From the human T2T-CHM13v2.0 reference genome, Homo sapiens: DNA of 64,000 bases. Of this stretch, positions 13,665 to 32,919 are shown piece after piece (position 1 is the stretch's first letter; each line of letters starts with the position of its first letter). The stretch lies in the NCBI RefSeq assembly GCF_009914755.1, contig NC_060930.1; one strand, written 5' to 3'. The notes under the pieces are model-generated. The model made no database searches, was not told the origin of the DNA, and saw only the letters and a list, made by a program, of their open reading frames with translations. A program made the position numbers and the translations under genes.

Positions 13665-13785
13665 TGCTGATGGAAAGACCCTAGAGATTAGTCAGTCTAT
13701 TACCTTGTTTTATAGATGAAAACTGAAGCCCAGCAGGTAGTTACTTTGAAGGCTATGAGCCATGATCAGAATCCAGGCTCCTTTA
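13665..13785 (-). mobile_element. MIR (MIR3/MIRc-like)
   Basis: tggaaagaccctagagatt...ttttatagatgaaaactgaagcccag...agaatccaggctcct. Confidence 0.65.
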
Positions 13786-14736
13786 ATTTCTTTTCTTCTG
13801 CTCTTCTGTATAATATTTTACTGGTTTTTGAGTGAATCGGGTCCAAGTATATGTCCCCTATGATTTCCCTTGTCTTTGACAAACTCGAAATTCCTTTTCA
13901 TAACGAAAATCAAAACTATCTTTTCTCTATGCTCTGAAGCTTGCCTGAAGATTTACAAATGGAAATAATGTTAGCACAACCCAAATCTGAAGATATCTGG
14001 TATAAGTGTTTAGATTCTTTAAGGTAAAGGTCAGGACTGGAAAAATCAGAATGGATTAAAAGCAGAACCAGTGTAAGCACAAAGACCAGCATCTACTCAA
14101 TATGCAAAGCAGAGATTGGCCTCATATTGACCCTTTTATATTATGAAGCCACTAAAAATAGAAATAAATCCTGATATAACTAAATGCATATTATTGACAC
14201 TAGTGTTTTTGACACTTGGAATAGATTTTTGTGTTCATAGTTTCATGTATTCCTGTATAACTGCTATTTAAAACACCGAATTCAAATACATTGACCCTTA
14301 AGGAACTTAATGCTTTCCAGTTCAAAAATAGTAAGCCCTAAATAATTTCATCAAATTATTTTGCATTTAAAGCGGTCATGTAAGACCTCAGGAGAAATAC
14401 TTGCTTAATGTCATATATTTAAATACAGGGCATTTACATCCAAACTCTAATTTACATATGCTTATGAAATATAAAAGAGAACAGCAAGAAAATCTGACAG
14501 TAATATAAGATTTGACCCGAAGAAACACAATCTTATTTTCAGTGAGTAAGCTCTACCATGTATAGAGGAATTTAAAAATAGCCATTTGCAGATATATTGA
14601 ATTATCTGTCATCTAATAATAATAATAACAACAAATTCATCATTAGTGATGACTAGTGAGTGTCATTCAAGGAAAGATAGCTTGACATTCAAATGTTCTA
14701 CAACATGCCACGGATTTTTTCTTTTAAGAGACAAGG

Positions 14737-15839
14737 TCTTTTGAAAAGTGTCTGTTCGTGTCCTTTGCCCACTTTTTAATAGGGTTCTTTTTTTTTTCTT
14801 GTAAATTTGTTTAAGTTCCTTATAGACCCTGGATATTAGACCCTTGTTGGATGCATAGTTTGCAGAAATTTTCTCCCATTCTGTAGTTTGTCTGTTTACT
14901 CTATTGATAGTTTCTTTTGCTGTGAAGAAGCTCTTTAGTTTTATTAGATCCCATTTGTCAATTTTTGCTTTTGTTGTAAATGCTTTTGGCATCTTTGTCA
15001 TGAAATATTTGCCTGTGCCTATGTCCCGGAATGGTATACATGCAGCCAGCAATTGTATTAAAAAAAGCTTTAACATCACTGATCATTAGAGAAACACAAA
15101 AATCAAAACCACAGTGAGATACCATCTTACACCAGTCAGAATGGCTATTATTAAGAAGTCCAAAAAATAGCAGATGCAGGCAAGGTTGTGGATAAAAAGG
15201 AATGCTTATACACTGTTGGTGGAAGTGTAAATTAGTTCAACCATTGTGGAAGACAGAGTGGCAATTCCTCAAAGACCTAAAGACAGAAATACCATTTGAC
15301 TCAGCAACCCCATTACTGTGTATATACCCAAAGGAATATAAATCATACTATTATAAAGACACATGCACACGTATGTTCATTGCAGCTATTCACAATAGCA
15401 AAGACATATAATCAACTTAAATGCCCATCAGTGATAGACTGGCTAAAGAAAATGTGATGCATATAACCACGGAATACCATGCAGCCATAAAAAAGAATGA
15501 GATTGTGTTATTTGCAGGGAGATGGATAGAGCTGGAGGCCATTATTCTTAGCATACTAAGGCATGAACAGAAAACTAAATACTGCATGTTCTCACTTATA
15601 AGTAGGAGCTAAATGATGAGATTACATGAACACATAGAGGGGAACAACACACAATGGGGCTTTTCAGAGGGTTGAGGGTGGGAGGAGGGAGAAGATCAGG
15701 AAAAATAACTAATGGATGCTAGACTTAAAATCCGGGTGATGAAATAATCTGTAAAACAAACCCCTGTGACACAAGTTTACCTGTGTAACAAACCTACACT
15801 TGTACCCCTGAACTTCAAATAAAAAGTAATAATAATAAA
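14737..15839 (+). mobile_element. 5'-truncated, 5'-inverted L1PA (PA13-PA16-like)
   Basis: 14737-15037 is ORF2 on the minus strand ([20 protein letters not shown] in ORF 14663..15079). 15036-15839 is the ORF2 end, 3'UTR and A tail on the plus strand. Degenerate TSD aagagacaaggt / aagagatggggt. Confidence 0.93.
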
Positions 15840-15966
15840 AAGAGATGGGGTTTTACTGTGCACTATGTTGCTCACTCAGGCTAGTCTCTAACTCCTGGGC
15901 TTAAGCAATCCTTCTCCTTTAGCCTCCAGAGCAGCTGGAACTATAGGCATGTATTATCATGATCCC
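15840..15966 (-). mobile_element. FLAM/AluJ monomer split by the L1PA (its tail lies at ~14715-14736)
   Basis: agagatggggtttt...caggctagtctctaactcctgggcttaagcaatccttc...gctggaactataggcatg. Confidence 0.8.
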
Positions 15967-16124
15967 ATGGTAAAATTTTGTGGAGTGAGATTGGGAAGTA
16001 AGTTAATTTGAGAAAAGAAACTTCATAAAAGTGACATGTTTGGAAAAAAATTATAAAAAAAGATAGAGGAGCAAAAGGAACATAAATTTAAAATTCTTCA
16101 TTGGGCTCCTAATATTCCTTTTTG

Positions 16125-16242
16125 AAATACATTTTACTGAGCACATACTTTTATGTGCAAGGTGCTGTTCTAGGCATTAAAGGATATAATAGCGACCCAA
16201 ACTGACAATAATCCATCCCATCAAGGAATTTGCATTCTAGTG
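16125..16242 (-). mobile_element. LINE-2 3' end
   Basis: attttactgagcacatac...gtgcaaggtgctgttctaggcat...tcaaggaatttgcattctagtg. Confidence 0.75.
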
Positions 16243-16409
16243 ATTTGTACTTCCTATTATCAAAGGCATATCATCAGTGCTTCAGATATGTATAAAGAAT
16301 GGGAGAGTGGGGAGTAAGGTGGAAGATAAAGAGAAAGAGGATAGAACAGGAAGCAGTGAAGGGTGGAAAAATTGTGAAACAGAAGTAGATTAATTTCTGG
16401 GGCTATGTC

Positions 16410-16645
16410 TGTTGTGAAACCTCCTCTGACTCCACTTCTACCTGAGGTATCCTCTCATGTACCCTAGTAGGTTTGTCTGTTTTCACCTCGGCATTCATCA
16501 TCCCACTCTTTTCCCCGTGTGTTTTCTTGTCTTTCTCCCCAGTTGACTCTGATCTACTGAGTCGTTGATCTTTGTATCACAGAGTCAATCATGGTGCCTG
16601 GCACACAGTAGATGCTCTAATCTATATTATTTGTTCAACAAATAG
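16410..16645 (+). mobile_element. LINE-2 3' end
   Basis: gtgaaacctcctctgac...tctttgtatcacagag...atggtgcctggcacacagtagatgctc. Confidence 0.65.
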
Positions 16646-16874
16646 TAATTGCAATTATCTGACAAAGTATTCAGTTATTATGGAGAAATATGCATCTATG
16701 TATTTGACCATCTGCATTACACTGGAAACGGAAATGGACTTTTTTATTGATACATAATTTCCCTTTGAATTTTTGAAGACCAAAATACCAGTGGCAGAGA
16801 GAAGAGATGGTGTGAGGGAGAGGATTTTAGCTGCCCTACTTCCCTCATATAAATGTCTATCAGCTCTTCCTCAA

Positions 16875-16875
<1 letters not shown>

Positions 16876-16915
<40 letters not shown>
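16876..16915. repeat. (CA)20 microsatellite
   Basis: Perfect CA run read directly. Confidence 0.97.
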
Positions 16916-16916
<1 letters not shown>

Positions 16917-19265
16917 GTTGTATTAAAATACAATATGAAATTAGCTTCAAAAGAGTTTCATAGGACTTTCTTCCAATCAGATTTCCATTCTAACACAGTC
17001 GTTCCAGAGCTGATACCATCCAATTACTATCCATTTGAAATAATTTCAAATCTTAGGAACACCTTAATATATCTTTTAATTATTTAATAATTTTATAAAA
17101 ACACAATATGCAAAACAAAAGTCCAACCTGAACCTCTTACTTTGTGGGCCTTACTGGACTAAGGGAAATCCATAACTTTGATGATTGCAGGTAAAGGTAT
17201 ACTTGAATTAGTGTCTGGAGAACTCTCCCACCTCCTCAAGTTTCCATGGCAGTACAGTTTTAAGTTCTCTCTCAACCCTGTGCAGAAGATCCGGGATGTG
17301 GGAGTAAAAGGGTGAGCATCAGTGTGTGCTTAGTTCAGTTAAAATTAAATTCCAAGAGTTCCCTAGAGCACTTTTATATCAGCTTGACCCAACATTACCT
17401 CTGGTATTTGCTTCAGCAAATCATTTAAAACACATAACTGTTGTCTTTGTTTTCAAGTTTATAGTCAGAGTGGTTTGAAAACTCTTGGCGCCTAACATAA
17501 AAGCCAGAAATAAATACGGAACATATTAACACTGAATATAGGTTGCGATGAATCACAGTTTGTCAGCTTTCAAGTATTACAATTATCTACCTAAAAATAC
17601 CCTACTGTACTCAGTCACCCTCCCTAGCTGTTTACCCTGCTCGTCACTGTAACTTCTAATGCTGTTACACGTTTGTTTTTAGGTTGTAATGTTAGCAGCC
17701 CTCAATATTTTATACTTAACAGTTATCTTTTAATTACCATATGTTTATCTTTTGAGATAAATACAGTAGTTCACTAATCACACTAATTGTAGGTGGGCAT
17801 TGCTAGCATTACTGAGATTTATAGATTAGTCATTGTGGGAAGGAAGGGGAATCAATATTAGCGGGATTATATTAGTGCTGGCTAATTGAAGAGGAAAAAA
17901 GGTTAATGCAGACTTTGATCTTGGACTCAGTCTCCTAGGAATAACTCTCAAATGACACCAAATTCCTGCTGTTTAATATTAAATATCTGAAGCACACCTG
18001 TGCGATTATTGGAGCGCTCTGCCATTATTATGTTTATTTATAAATGCCCCTGAATTGTATTTGTAGAAAAACCACCTTTTCTTCTAGAATTAATGTGTAT
18101 TTGTGTTCATGTGTGCATGTATGTTCACCTGTAACAATAGAGGTGAGATAAAATTCAGAATTAAAACCCTAAAATTGAACTATTTTTAACATTGAGACCA
18201 GTGATAAAGTAAGCAAGTTGAATAAAAAGACAAATTAAGTAAGTGCAGTTTGAGTGGGGAAAAAATATACAGAGAGAAAGCATCATCCTAAGGTAGCCAG
18301 ATGGATCGGTTTCCTTGGAGCTTTCCTTGCAGTTCTGAGTGAGACAAAAATTAACCTAAAGAATTAACCCTTTCCTCTCACTTCTCAGAATACTAAGTTA
18401 GGTGTTATATTGAAAACTCTTGAATTCAAACAGAGATGAAGAGTCAATATTTTATCAAGTCATATGGATTGATGAGGCAAAAGGATTTCCTTTCCACCCC
18501 ATATCTCATTCTGTAAGCAAGACAAGATAATTTATGTATCAATTAATAGTATGTCAGACACAATCTTACCTGATTTAAGTGTTATGAAGAATTTTTCTGA
18601 TGCCATATATTTTCACATATGTGTTGTTTTCATTTTGATAAGAAAAAAACAAAAAATTTATAATCACATAATTAAAATCTGTTAAAAATGTTTTAAAAAG
18701 CATAGGGTTTTCTTAAGCAAATGTGGTTTGGTGTAGATGTGGTAGCTGGGCAAATTAAAGGAACAAAATAGCTTGTTCTTGCTTTTATAAATATTTTCCC
18801 TCTGGCCCGTTTGCTGTTGGCCTCTCTTCCTATTTATTGCTCTGTCTGTCCTGTCTGGACTCAGACCCATCCTGATATGCTCTTAAAAATATGTACAAAT
18901 ACGAGTTGTAACTGAGGGCTGCAGGAACTGGCTGGACTTTCTCCTGTGCTGTCAAAGCCATGACTAAAAGTTTAAAGTAGATTCTGCGAACACAATTTCA
19001 AAATCTCCCTCTCATGATTTCTGCTGTTCTCTCTAAAATATTATGGACATAGAAATTTTCCTGAAGTAATCTTTCACCGGGAGCACCAAAGAATCACAAC
19101 TGAAAGTATGAACTATTGAAAAATTAATCATGGCTGTTTATGCTGGAAGCTGACCAGGTAACTTCTCCAGTTCATATCTCAGAAAGAAAATACTGAGAAA
19201 TCCCAGTGACTGTCCTTTGGGCGCTGATAGAACACAGTTTTAAGCTTGAAGAAAAGGAAGGTGTG

Positions 19266-19651
<386 letters not shown>

Positions 19652-20348
19652 CTACACCACCTAAAGCAAAACTAATCAACAAAAAACCAATAAAATGCCC
19701 ACACAAAGCAGAATGTTTAGTTCAGTTCTTCCCTTTGGAAATAGTAATTTAGAACAATGAACAGTGTTATCTTGAGAAAGAAAATAAAGCTTCCTCTATG
19801 GAACATGCCCTAGATTTTTGTGTTTTTATGTTGGAATTAAGCACACAAATAGCTGAGTTTAGAGAATGATCTGGTAGATGAGAGAAGTCTTAGAAGATTG
19901 TTTTTGGCTTTGGGGAATAAAATGCCTTCTGGTGACTACTCTTTATCCAGTGCCGCATCCGTTTTGTAAAACTGATTCTGAATAAGGAATCTCTGTAAAG
20001 CCCACTTTTGCTAAAGGGGGTTGTGTGTACAGTAGAATTAGAAGTCACTCCCCACGTCCTTTTACAGTTCTCTTAACCATCAGCTGAACAGTGGTGTAGT
20101 CAAATGGCTGACAGTCAGGGAAGACTAAAGTATTAGCTTTCTATCACTGTCCAGTTCTGCTGTAAAACTCTGGGAATCTGGAGGAGCTTGAGAAGAGGCA
20201 TCACTCTCTGGCTTACCTCTTTGGTCTCACCAGCTGATGGTCGGTGCTTTCCTTTTAGCCAGTGTAACTATTGGCTTTTCTGCCTCAACTTACCTGTGTA
20301 GGCTTAACAGAGGCAAGCACTTTTCAGAGTCAAACTAATGGGGACCAG

Positions 20349-23033
<2,685 letters not shown>

Positions 23034-23094
23034 TAATATTACTAACTCTAATTTGGCCTCCTGAGATAAATAACTCAATTTGAAATAACCAAAT

Positions 23095-23265
23095 AGTGGT
23101 AAATGGAGCTACTGGGCCTGGAGTTAAATACCTGCTCTGTTACTAAGTATCTGTGTGAACTTAGACAAATTAATAAAGTTCTCTGATTTTTAATTTCCTT
23201 ATCTGAATGATGATAATCACCATATTCACCTCACTGTGTTGCTATGAACATTAAATAAGACCATT
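23095..23265 (+). mobile_element. MIR
   Basis: ggcctggagttaaatacctg...ctgtgtgaacttagacaaatt...tttccttatctg...tgttgctatgaacattaaataaga. Confidence 0.7.
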
Positions 23266-23719
23266 GTCATGAAGGATGGTGTCTGTTCCTTAATAACTAC
23301 TCAAGTTATAATGATCATTCTTATTAGGAATTACAGTGGTGTTTGGGGCTATGGGATGGCATTTTAACTGAGATTCTGGAATTCTTTCTTCCAATCACAT
23401 CCATATTTCTGTTCTTGCTCCTTTCACAAGCATTACTATAGTAGCATATATCCAAAGATGAAATAAAATATTACTGTACTATCAGCTGGCAGAATTTTTC
23501 AAAATCACACTGGAAATTCTGCTAAACACAGGGTTCACACATGGAGTCCAGCAAAAATCTAAACTCTCTGCAAAAATTTAAACCTTAGGATATTACTATA
23601 TCAATATGGTTGCATGGATGGAAGAGTGAAGAAGAATGCTGAACTACCAATCTCATGGAATGGGTCAAAGAGAGTGCTTTTAAAAGCACAGTAAACTTGC
23701 CCACAAGTAAAGTGTGGTC

Positions 23720-24251
23720 TGTCAAAGAAAAATGTACTGTGCAGAGTTAAATGGGCAAGGAAGACTTTATTCAAGACTATTGCAATAAGGGTTAAAACTA
23801 TTGCAATAGGGGAGAGAGATTGAACTGAATTCTGCTAAAACAAAATGCAGAAGGATTTTCAAGTGCTAGGGTGAGCTCATGGAAAAGTAATGGAAGATTT
23901 GGCGAGGTAAGTTGGCCAATGGGATTAGGCCATCTGTGTTTGATAATTGGCACTTAATGGAAGTTAGGTTTCCCCATTCCACAGAGAAGGGAGTTAGGGG
24001 CACTATCTTCTGTTAAGATTACATTTCAAAGGGATGGCTCCCAGGTCCTTGAAAAAAGACATGTTAGGGTTGTGAAACTGGCAAGAGGCTCAGAAGATTT
24101 ATGTCTCAAAAGGGCTGAGAAAAAGTTTATAATTGCAAGGTTTTTTTTTAAGTAAATGCTTTGAGAAATGGGAAGTCAGGGTCTCATAGTCAGGAAGAAA
24201 CTTGTCGAAAATTTAGTCAAGTTGAGGAGAACCTTAAGGCTGGCTTGTTCA
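23720..24251 (-). mobile_element. ERV1 solo LTR (MER67/MER31-like)
   Basis: TG...CA termini (tgtcaaagaaaa...cttgttca) flanked by a perfect 4-bp TSD GGTC (23716-23719, 24252-24255). Internal motifs gactttattcaagactattgcaata and acatttcaaagggatggctcccaggtccttga. Confidence 0.9.
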
Positions 24252-27200
24252 GGTCTATGATTTTGACAAATATAATTCCTTTTTCCTTATATCATGATGT
24301 ATCAATGTAGTTTTTTTTCACCCGGGCATATTTAGTTCAGTACTCACCGAATAAACCTATGTAATTGTCCATTTATCCTTTTTATGAATAAATATGTTTT
24401 TCTAATTATAAAAATAATTTTTATTGTATAAAAGTATTGTACCTAAACTAAGAGAAAGAAAATAAAATTTACCCACTACTTAAAGATAATTACTGTTTGC
24501 ATTCTGTTGGATTTATCTATCCCATCTTTTGCTAGTTATACACATTTGTTTTACAAAAGTGGCAATCATAATTGGAATATCCATTATCACCTGCCTTTTT
24601 ACATAGAAGTGTGTTATAAATATTGTTCTGTTATTGTTTCACATTCCATGTTTTATTTACATTTCTTTACTTGTCCCTCATTTTTGATGATTGATGTAGC
24701 AATTTGATTTTATTTTTTGCTGTGGTCTAATATGCAGGGTTTTCTTCCCCTTCTTATGCCATCTTCTGAGTTCTCTCATCCTTTCTTCTGTTTCTTGCTG
24801 CACAGAAGTCAGCCCTTTCCTCCACAATATCTCCAGCTGGTGGAGCTAGCCTTTTGCTCCATATTATGTCTGCTTTGAATCTACTTGTCACATTCCTACT
24901 TACTGCTTCTCTGCCCAGATTCTTCTGAGTAAAACTTGGCTTGAATTGTCTGCTTGGTTTTCGTGGGACATTATCTTTCAGAACTCATACATTACAGCTT
25001 TTGACCAGGTGCTACACCAATCCAGGGCAAGCCTAGGCTTCGTGATCTGGAATAGGGGGTCCAGGACCATACAGGAAATTAACAGTCACTTCCCATCAGT
25101 ACTCTTCTAATTTGATGCCAGTTTTACAAGACTGTCTTTTCTGCCAGTTGACAGCTTGCCTTTGAAAGAACAAATCCTTGGTAGATGTAGGTGTAGGCAC
25201 TGATTGGTCAAATTATCTTCTTTCCCTTTCTTTCTGGGTTTTCTAGTACTATGCTTTAGAATGTTGAGGAGTGACAGTATGCACCACCATGGTGCCAGAG
25301 TGGAGACTGAGAGCACTTTCTTTTATTCTGCAGATCTTCATGGAATTCCTTGTCACGGCCTTAAACATAGCATATGGCAATCATTGACTCCGTGTGTAAG
25401 GCCAGTATAGGTAACTCCATAACTGCTAAAACTGAGTCAGGCAACTAATTCTATGTTCATTGCTGTGCCATTAATATAAGAATTAAAAATGAACTGCTTA
25501 AATCCTCCCTTGACTAGACTCCATAGAGAGGAATCATTTAGGTTGTAAATGACACCTAAAATTGATCACTCTAAATTTAGTTAAATATTTTTAGTAGAGG
25601 TCATTTTCCTTGGTTTATATAGATATTATACATATATTCTGGCAATTGGAATTTTTTATTTGGATGTCAAAATATTCAAACATGTATAGTAAAATACTTT
25701 GTTATTTTTCCACAGCATATTTTATGTACATTATATATTATGGTTATAGTTTTATGCTACGTTTAATTGTAACATTTGTTAAGCAACACAGAGATACAGG
25801 TAGCTCTTTTAGATTCCTGGAGGGTTTTTTGTTTGTTTTTTAAAAATGTATAACCTGTTACTATATTATCAGAAGTTACCTGGTATTTTGTAAAGAGATA
25901 TCAAAAGTGACAAAAAAATTAGCTTTGAATCAAGAATAAAAAAAGAATATCACATATAAAAATTAGATGCTTATAAATTATAATTTTTTCTGAATCTCTG
26001 AATATATGTGTTTATCCATGGACAATTTATCTAAACATGCACTAATTTTGAGCACTACTTTTAAGTGAAAAATGTGTACAAATATTAAATGTAAATTTAT
26101 ATAAATATTAAAACTAACCATAAGTATTTAACGACTTGTGCTTTAAAAAGGGAAAATGAGTACTAAAAGGGAAAGACATGTATTAAGATAAGATGTAAGT
26201 CAAAATATATTATAACTTGTATTTTAAAGAGTCAAGATACCGTCCAGTTTATTTGAATATGTTCTCACATACCATGGTTACTACTAAAATAGTACTGGCA
26301 TGTCTTTATGAAAAGAAAGAAAAAATATTTTTACCTACCACTGAGTTGTAAATAATTAATTTTCATTTGTAGCTTGAACTATTTTTAGGTGACATTGTAC
26401 CCTCAAATTTTAACTATAATTTTCTAATTTGGTTACCATAATTTCTGACTATGCTTAGCTATTTGAAACCCATTATACTGGTGATCAATCAGAACAAGAT
26501 TCCTTTGGGAACAATTTGTTGATTTCTGTTAATTTTAAGGTTGTCTAGGAGGGATGACTTTATATATAATTTCCCACTGGATTATCCCAAACACTTTTTG
26601 CCCAAAGACTCATCATTCTGAGTGGGTTAGAATTTGTGATTTCTGTGAAAAAATGTTCAACATGGATGAGGAACCAGTCACTCTTTGAGAAGGACAAACT
26701 TTCCTCTTTAATTTGTTGAATTTTTACCTGTGCTTAAATTTAGCACTGCTTTAATAATCAGTAATTCTAATGATGCAGTGATTCTGTACACATCAAAGGA
26801 CCGGCTGTTAGTGTGAATGCAGCATAATGCAAGCTGGTTACTAAAGGGCAGTTAATATATAATAATATAGGCAATAAGCATTTTTTCCTTTCAAAAGCAG
26901 CAGTTAATTATTATAAATGTCAAAATTGTAGCTGTCATAGTTATTTTGCTTCCAAATCATTTCAGCGTATCAGCTTTCCGATGGCGTATTCGAACACTAA
27001 AGTTATGATCCATTCTTTGAGTGGAAGCCCTCACATGTAAAATTGCCAATCCAAAGTCTTTAATGGCTTCAGTCTATTAAGTGATAGGAACTTACAAACT
27101 GATAAACTTAAGTTATTCTAATATTATTCAACAGATACAAATTGTTTAGTTAGAAATTTTAACGTGTAATATAGGAAATCAAATTCCTTTAAAACTTTTT

Positions 27201-28248
27201 AATTAATCATTTTTACTTAATTTTCTTGAAACATATCATGCCTACATAAAATATAATGCCTAAAATAGATGATGCCTGTCAAACTCTTTAAACATTACAT
27301 CTATTACTTGGTAAAATACTATTATGGTTAATGTAAAATCTAAGATGAATTAGGTATTATTTTCATCTTCATAATGCGTCTTATTACAAAAATTAACTAA
27401 TGAGATGTTTAGTATTTAAAAATAGGCTACATACATGTATGTGATTCTGTATTGCTTAAGACTTGTAAGTGAATGCTGTGTGCATAATTTTGAGAAGATT
27501 GTTAGAAAATAGATGTATAAGCATAGAATTGTGTAGAGAAGAAGAGGCACCCCTTTCTCTTGAGGTTGTAGCCTCCTACCTGGGGCACAGTGTTGGGAGT
27601 GGAGGACAAGCCGGCACTTGTCAGGGCATAACGTGCAACCATTCTGGGAAGCTTTGCTTAACTCTGATGTGAGAGAGGGATTGAAGGCTATGTTGAGGAA
27701 GATGGAGTAATATTAGAAAATGTACAGTTGGTGTGAAGTGGGTGTTAGAGAGAAGAGAAAGGGAAGTTACCATCCTGGTGTGAGGCAGAAAAGTAGTGAG
27801 ACCATTGAGAAGTGAGAGAAAATAATGGGAAATAAGGCTGGAGAATTTTTATGAAAAACAGGCTAAAGATTTCATAACATTATCAATAAAATCCATTTGT
27901 AACATTGGTGTGTGGACTTTATCTCGTGATCTACATAGAAATCATGTGAGATGTCGGCCGAAGAGTACTCAACTAAAATATTACAATGTATGCACTGGCA
28001 TTCAGATCATACATTGATATTTATCTAGATTATAGAAAAAGCTCTTTTTTGACAATGTACCACTGACTTTCAATGAATTATTTAGACATTGCGTTGTTAT
28101 CTTAAAGGTAGTAACAGGGGTCTAGATAGTAACAGAGGTGGTAAAGGGAAGGGTCCTGCAGATTTGGCCCCATACAGAAAAGTATAACATCTATGTTTTC
28201 CTGAGTTACTATGTGCAAACTTTCAAGACCTCTATCTAAATTATCTCC

Positions 28249-31030
<2,782 letters not shown>

Positions 31031-31445
31031 AAAATACAAACATATACATACACATATATATTATATATGAATGTACTATATATCATAGTAGATATGTTTG
31101 TACAGGCACTCTAAATTTCTTAGCAGACAGGCATTATATTTCATAACTAGTTTTAGTTTAACAAGTACCTAGCACACTAATCTCTCATTAAATTCTTACT
31201 AAATAATTATAGGTGAATATATTCAAGGTGGATAAATGAATGTGTTCAAGATACTGAAGTAATGGGATTAATTTCATGAGACATCAATTGAAATCAATAT
31301 TATTAGCAAAGAGTCACAGGTTGTGTATCTTATACACCATACAGTGAAAATATTCATTTAGTTCATTTCTCCAGCATCCATCAAACAGGCCTCATACATA
31401 TTACTAAATGCTGAGGATATCAGATGAGTTGTTCTGATCATTAGT

Positions 31446-31735
31446 GTTGTTCATCAGATATTTTTGGTTTTCTTTCTTCTGTGCACTTGCTAGGATTATG
31501 CTTCTCCAATCTCTTAAATTAGGCATGATCATGCAACTTACTCTGACCAACAAAATATAAAAATAAGTAACATTGAATATTTCTTAATAGAAGCACTTAG
31601 GAGGCAGTGTTCAGTTTGCCACCTTTCTCTCCCTTTTGCCCTGGCAATTTATGATGACACTAATTGTAAAGCCTTCTTGAATGTGAACAGTATAGAACAG
31701 AGCCCCTGCCTACCTGACATGGCACATGCTACATG
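31446..31735 (+). mobile_element. MLT1 (J/K-like) LTR fragment
   Basis: attaggcatgatcatgcaacttactctgaccaacaaaat...agaagcacttaggaggcagtg...cagagcccctgcc...atggcacatg. Confidence 0.65.
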
Positions 31736-31744
31736 GCTTTCTGA

Positions 31745-31875
31745 TGATACACAATTTCTCCTCTGTAAATTAGAGACAATAAGACCAACCTCATAAAGAT
31801 GTTGTGAAGATTTAATGCTCTTAACAAAGTGATTGGCACATAATGAGTGTGAAAAACATGATTTTTATAATTATT
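31745..31875 (+). mobile_element. MIR fragment
   Basis: tttctcctctgtaaattagagacaataagaccaacctcataaagatgttgtgaagatttaatg. Confidence 0.7.
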
Positions 31876-32699
31876 ACTAGTAATACTACATAGGCCATAA
31901 TAATTTCATTGATGGAGAGGATAATAGGTTGGGCACTGGGGATGGGCACAGCTAACCTAGAGGAGAAGGCAGGAAAGAACACTACAGGCTGAAGTGACCT
32001 GCGAACTCCTCTGGGCTGTCAGAACAGGGATGCCCTGGGGAAGTGTAAAGATTCTGTAATGCTGACCTTTCCAATTCATATCCCCTTATGTTTTCAGTCT
32101 TTAAAGATTAAGGAGAATCTAAGTTTACTCATCAAACCTATAAATAGAGTGAGGGCATAAGCTAATTCAGGCCTGCAAAGCAGAGGCAAGGGACAATTAG
32201 CAGGGCTTCAAGTACAACCATCATATGTAAAGGCTGCCTTGTCCCTGGTGATTAAAGTACATTTCAAACTCTGCTGAATACCTTTTTGTAGTATGAGAAT
32301 TTGTCCATCTAAGTGCTTATGGGTGTATTTTTATGCCTTTCAATGCAATATGCTAGTGCAGATTCAGGATATATTGAAATAGGAATGAAAGAATGAACAT
32401 AACTTGCAACTCTGATCTCAGTACCCTATATTAGGATGTATAATTTTTGGGGACATCACCTCCTAAATTCCTGGTTCTGGGCATAGCAAGTTAACAAGAA
32501 AGGTCCTCTAAATTATATGATTATCTTTTTCTCTTCTTTCTCCAACAATGGGGAGAAAAAAGAGTGAGAGAGAACAACTGCTCTATTCGCCATGCATCAT
32601 TAAATACATTTTTTGCAAGCAACCACCAATTTTCTTTTACACACTGAAGTAGGCTATGACTGAGGCTATAGACCACCTCAGATAATGTTTCAAATTTGT

Positions 32700-32810
32700 C
32701 ACTTGTTTTGTGGGCAAAGTCGCCCCTCTAAACTTCAGTTTTCTCACCTGAAAATGAAGAATAAGTATACCCTCTTCACAGACATATAGGAAAAATGAAA
32801 TGAGCTAGCC
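32700..32810 (+). mobile_element. MIR fragment
   Basis: tgggcaaagtcgcccctctaaacttcagttttctcacctgaaaatgaagaataa. Confidence 0.65.
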
Positions 32811-32919
32811 ATGCTGATAATCTCCGTAAATGTTAAACTTACTTAACTCAAATGGCTATGAGTTGTCAAGTCATCATGTGGTATTACATACAGTGTTTAA
32901 TTATAAGATCTCCATTTAA

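Noticed and set aside
14663-15612. ORFs with L1 ORF2 C-terminal homology
   Set aside because: Fragments of a truncated, inverted and frameshifted L1PA; not functional.
16125-16645. Oppositely oriented L2 3' ends, reminiscent of the miR-28/151 origin
   Set aside because: The tails point away from each other and are too diverged to form a tight hairpin.
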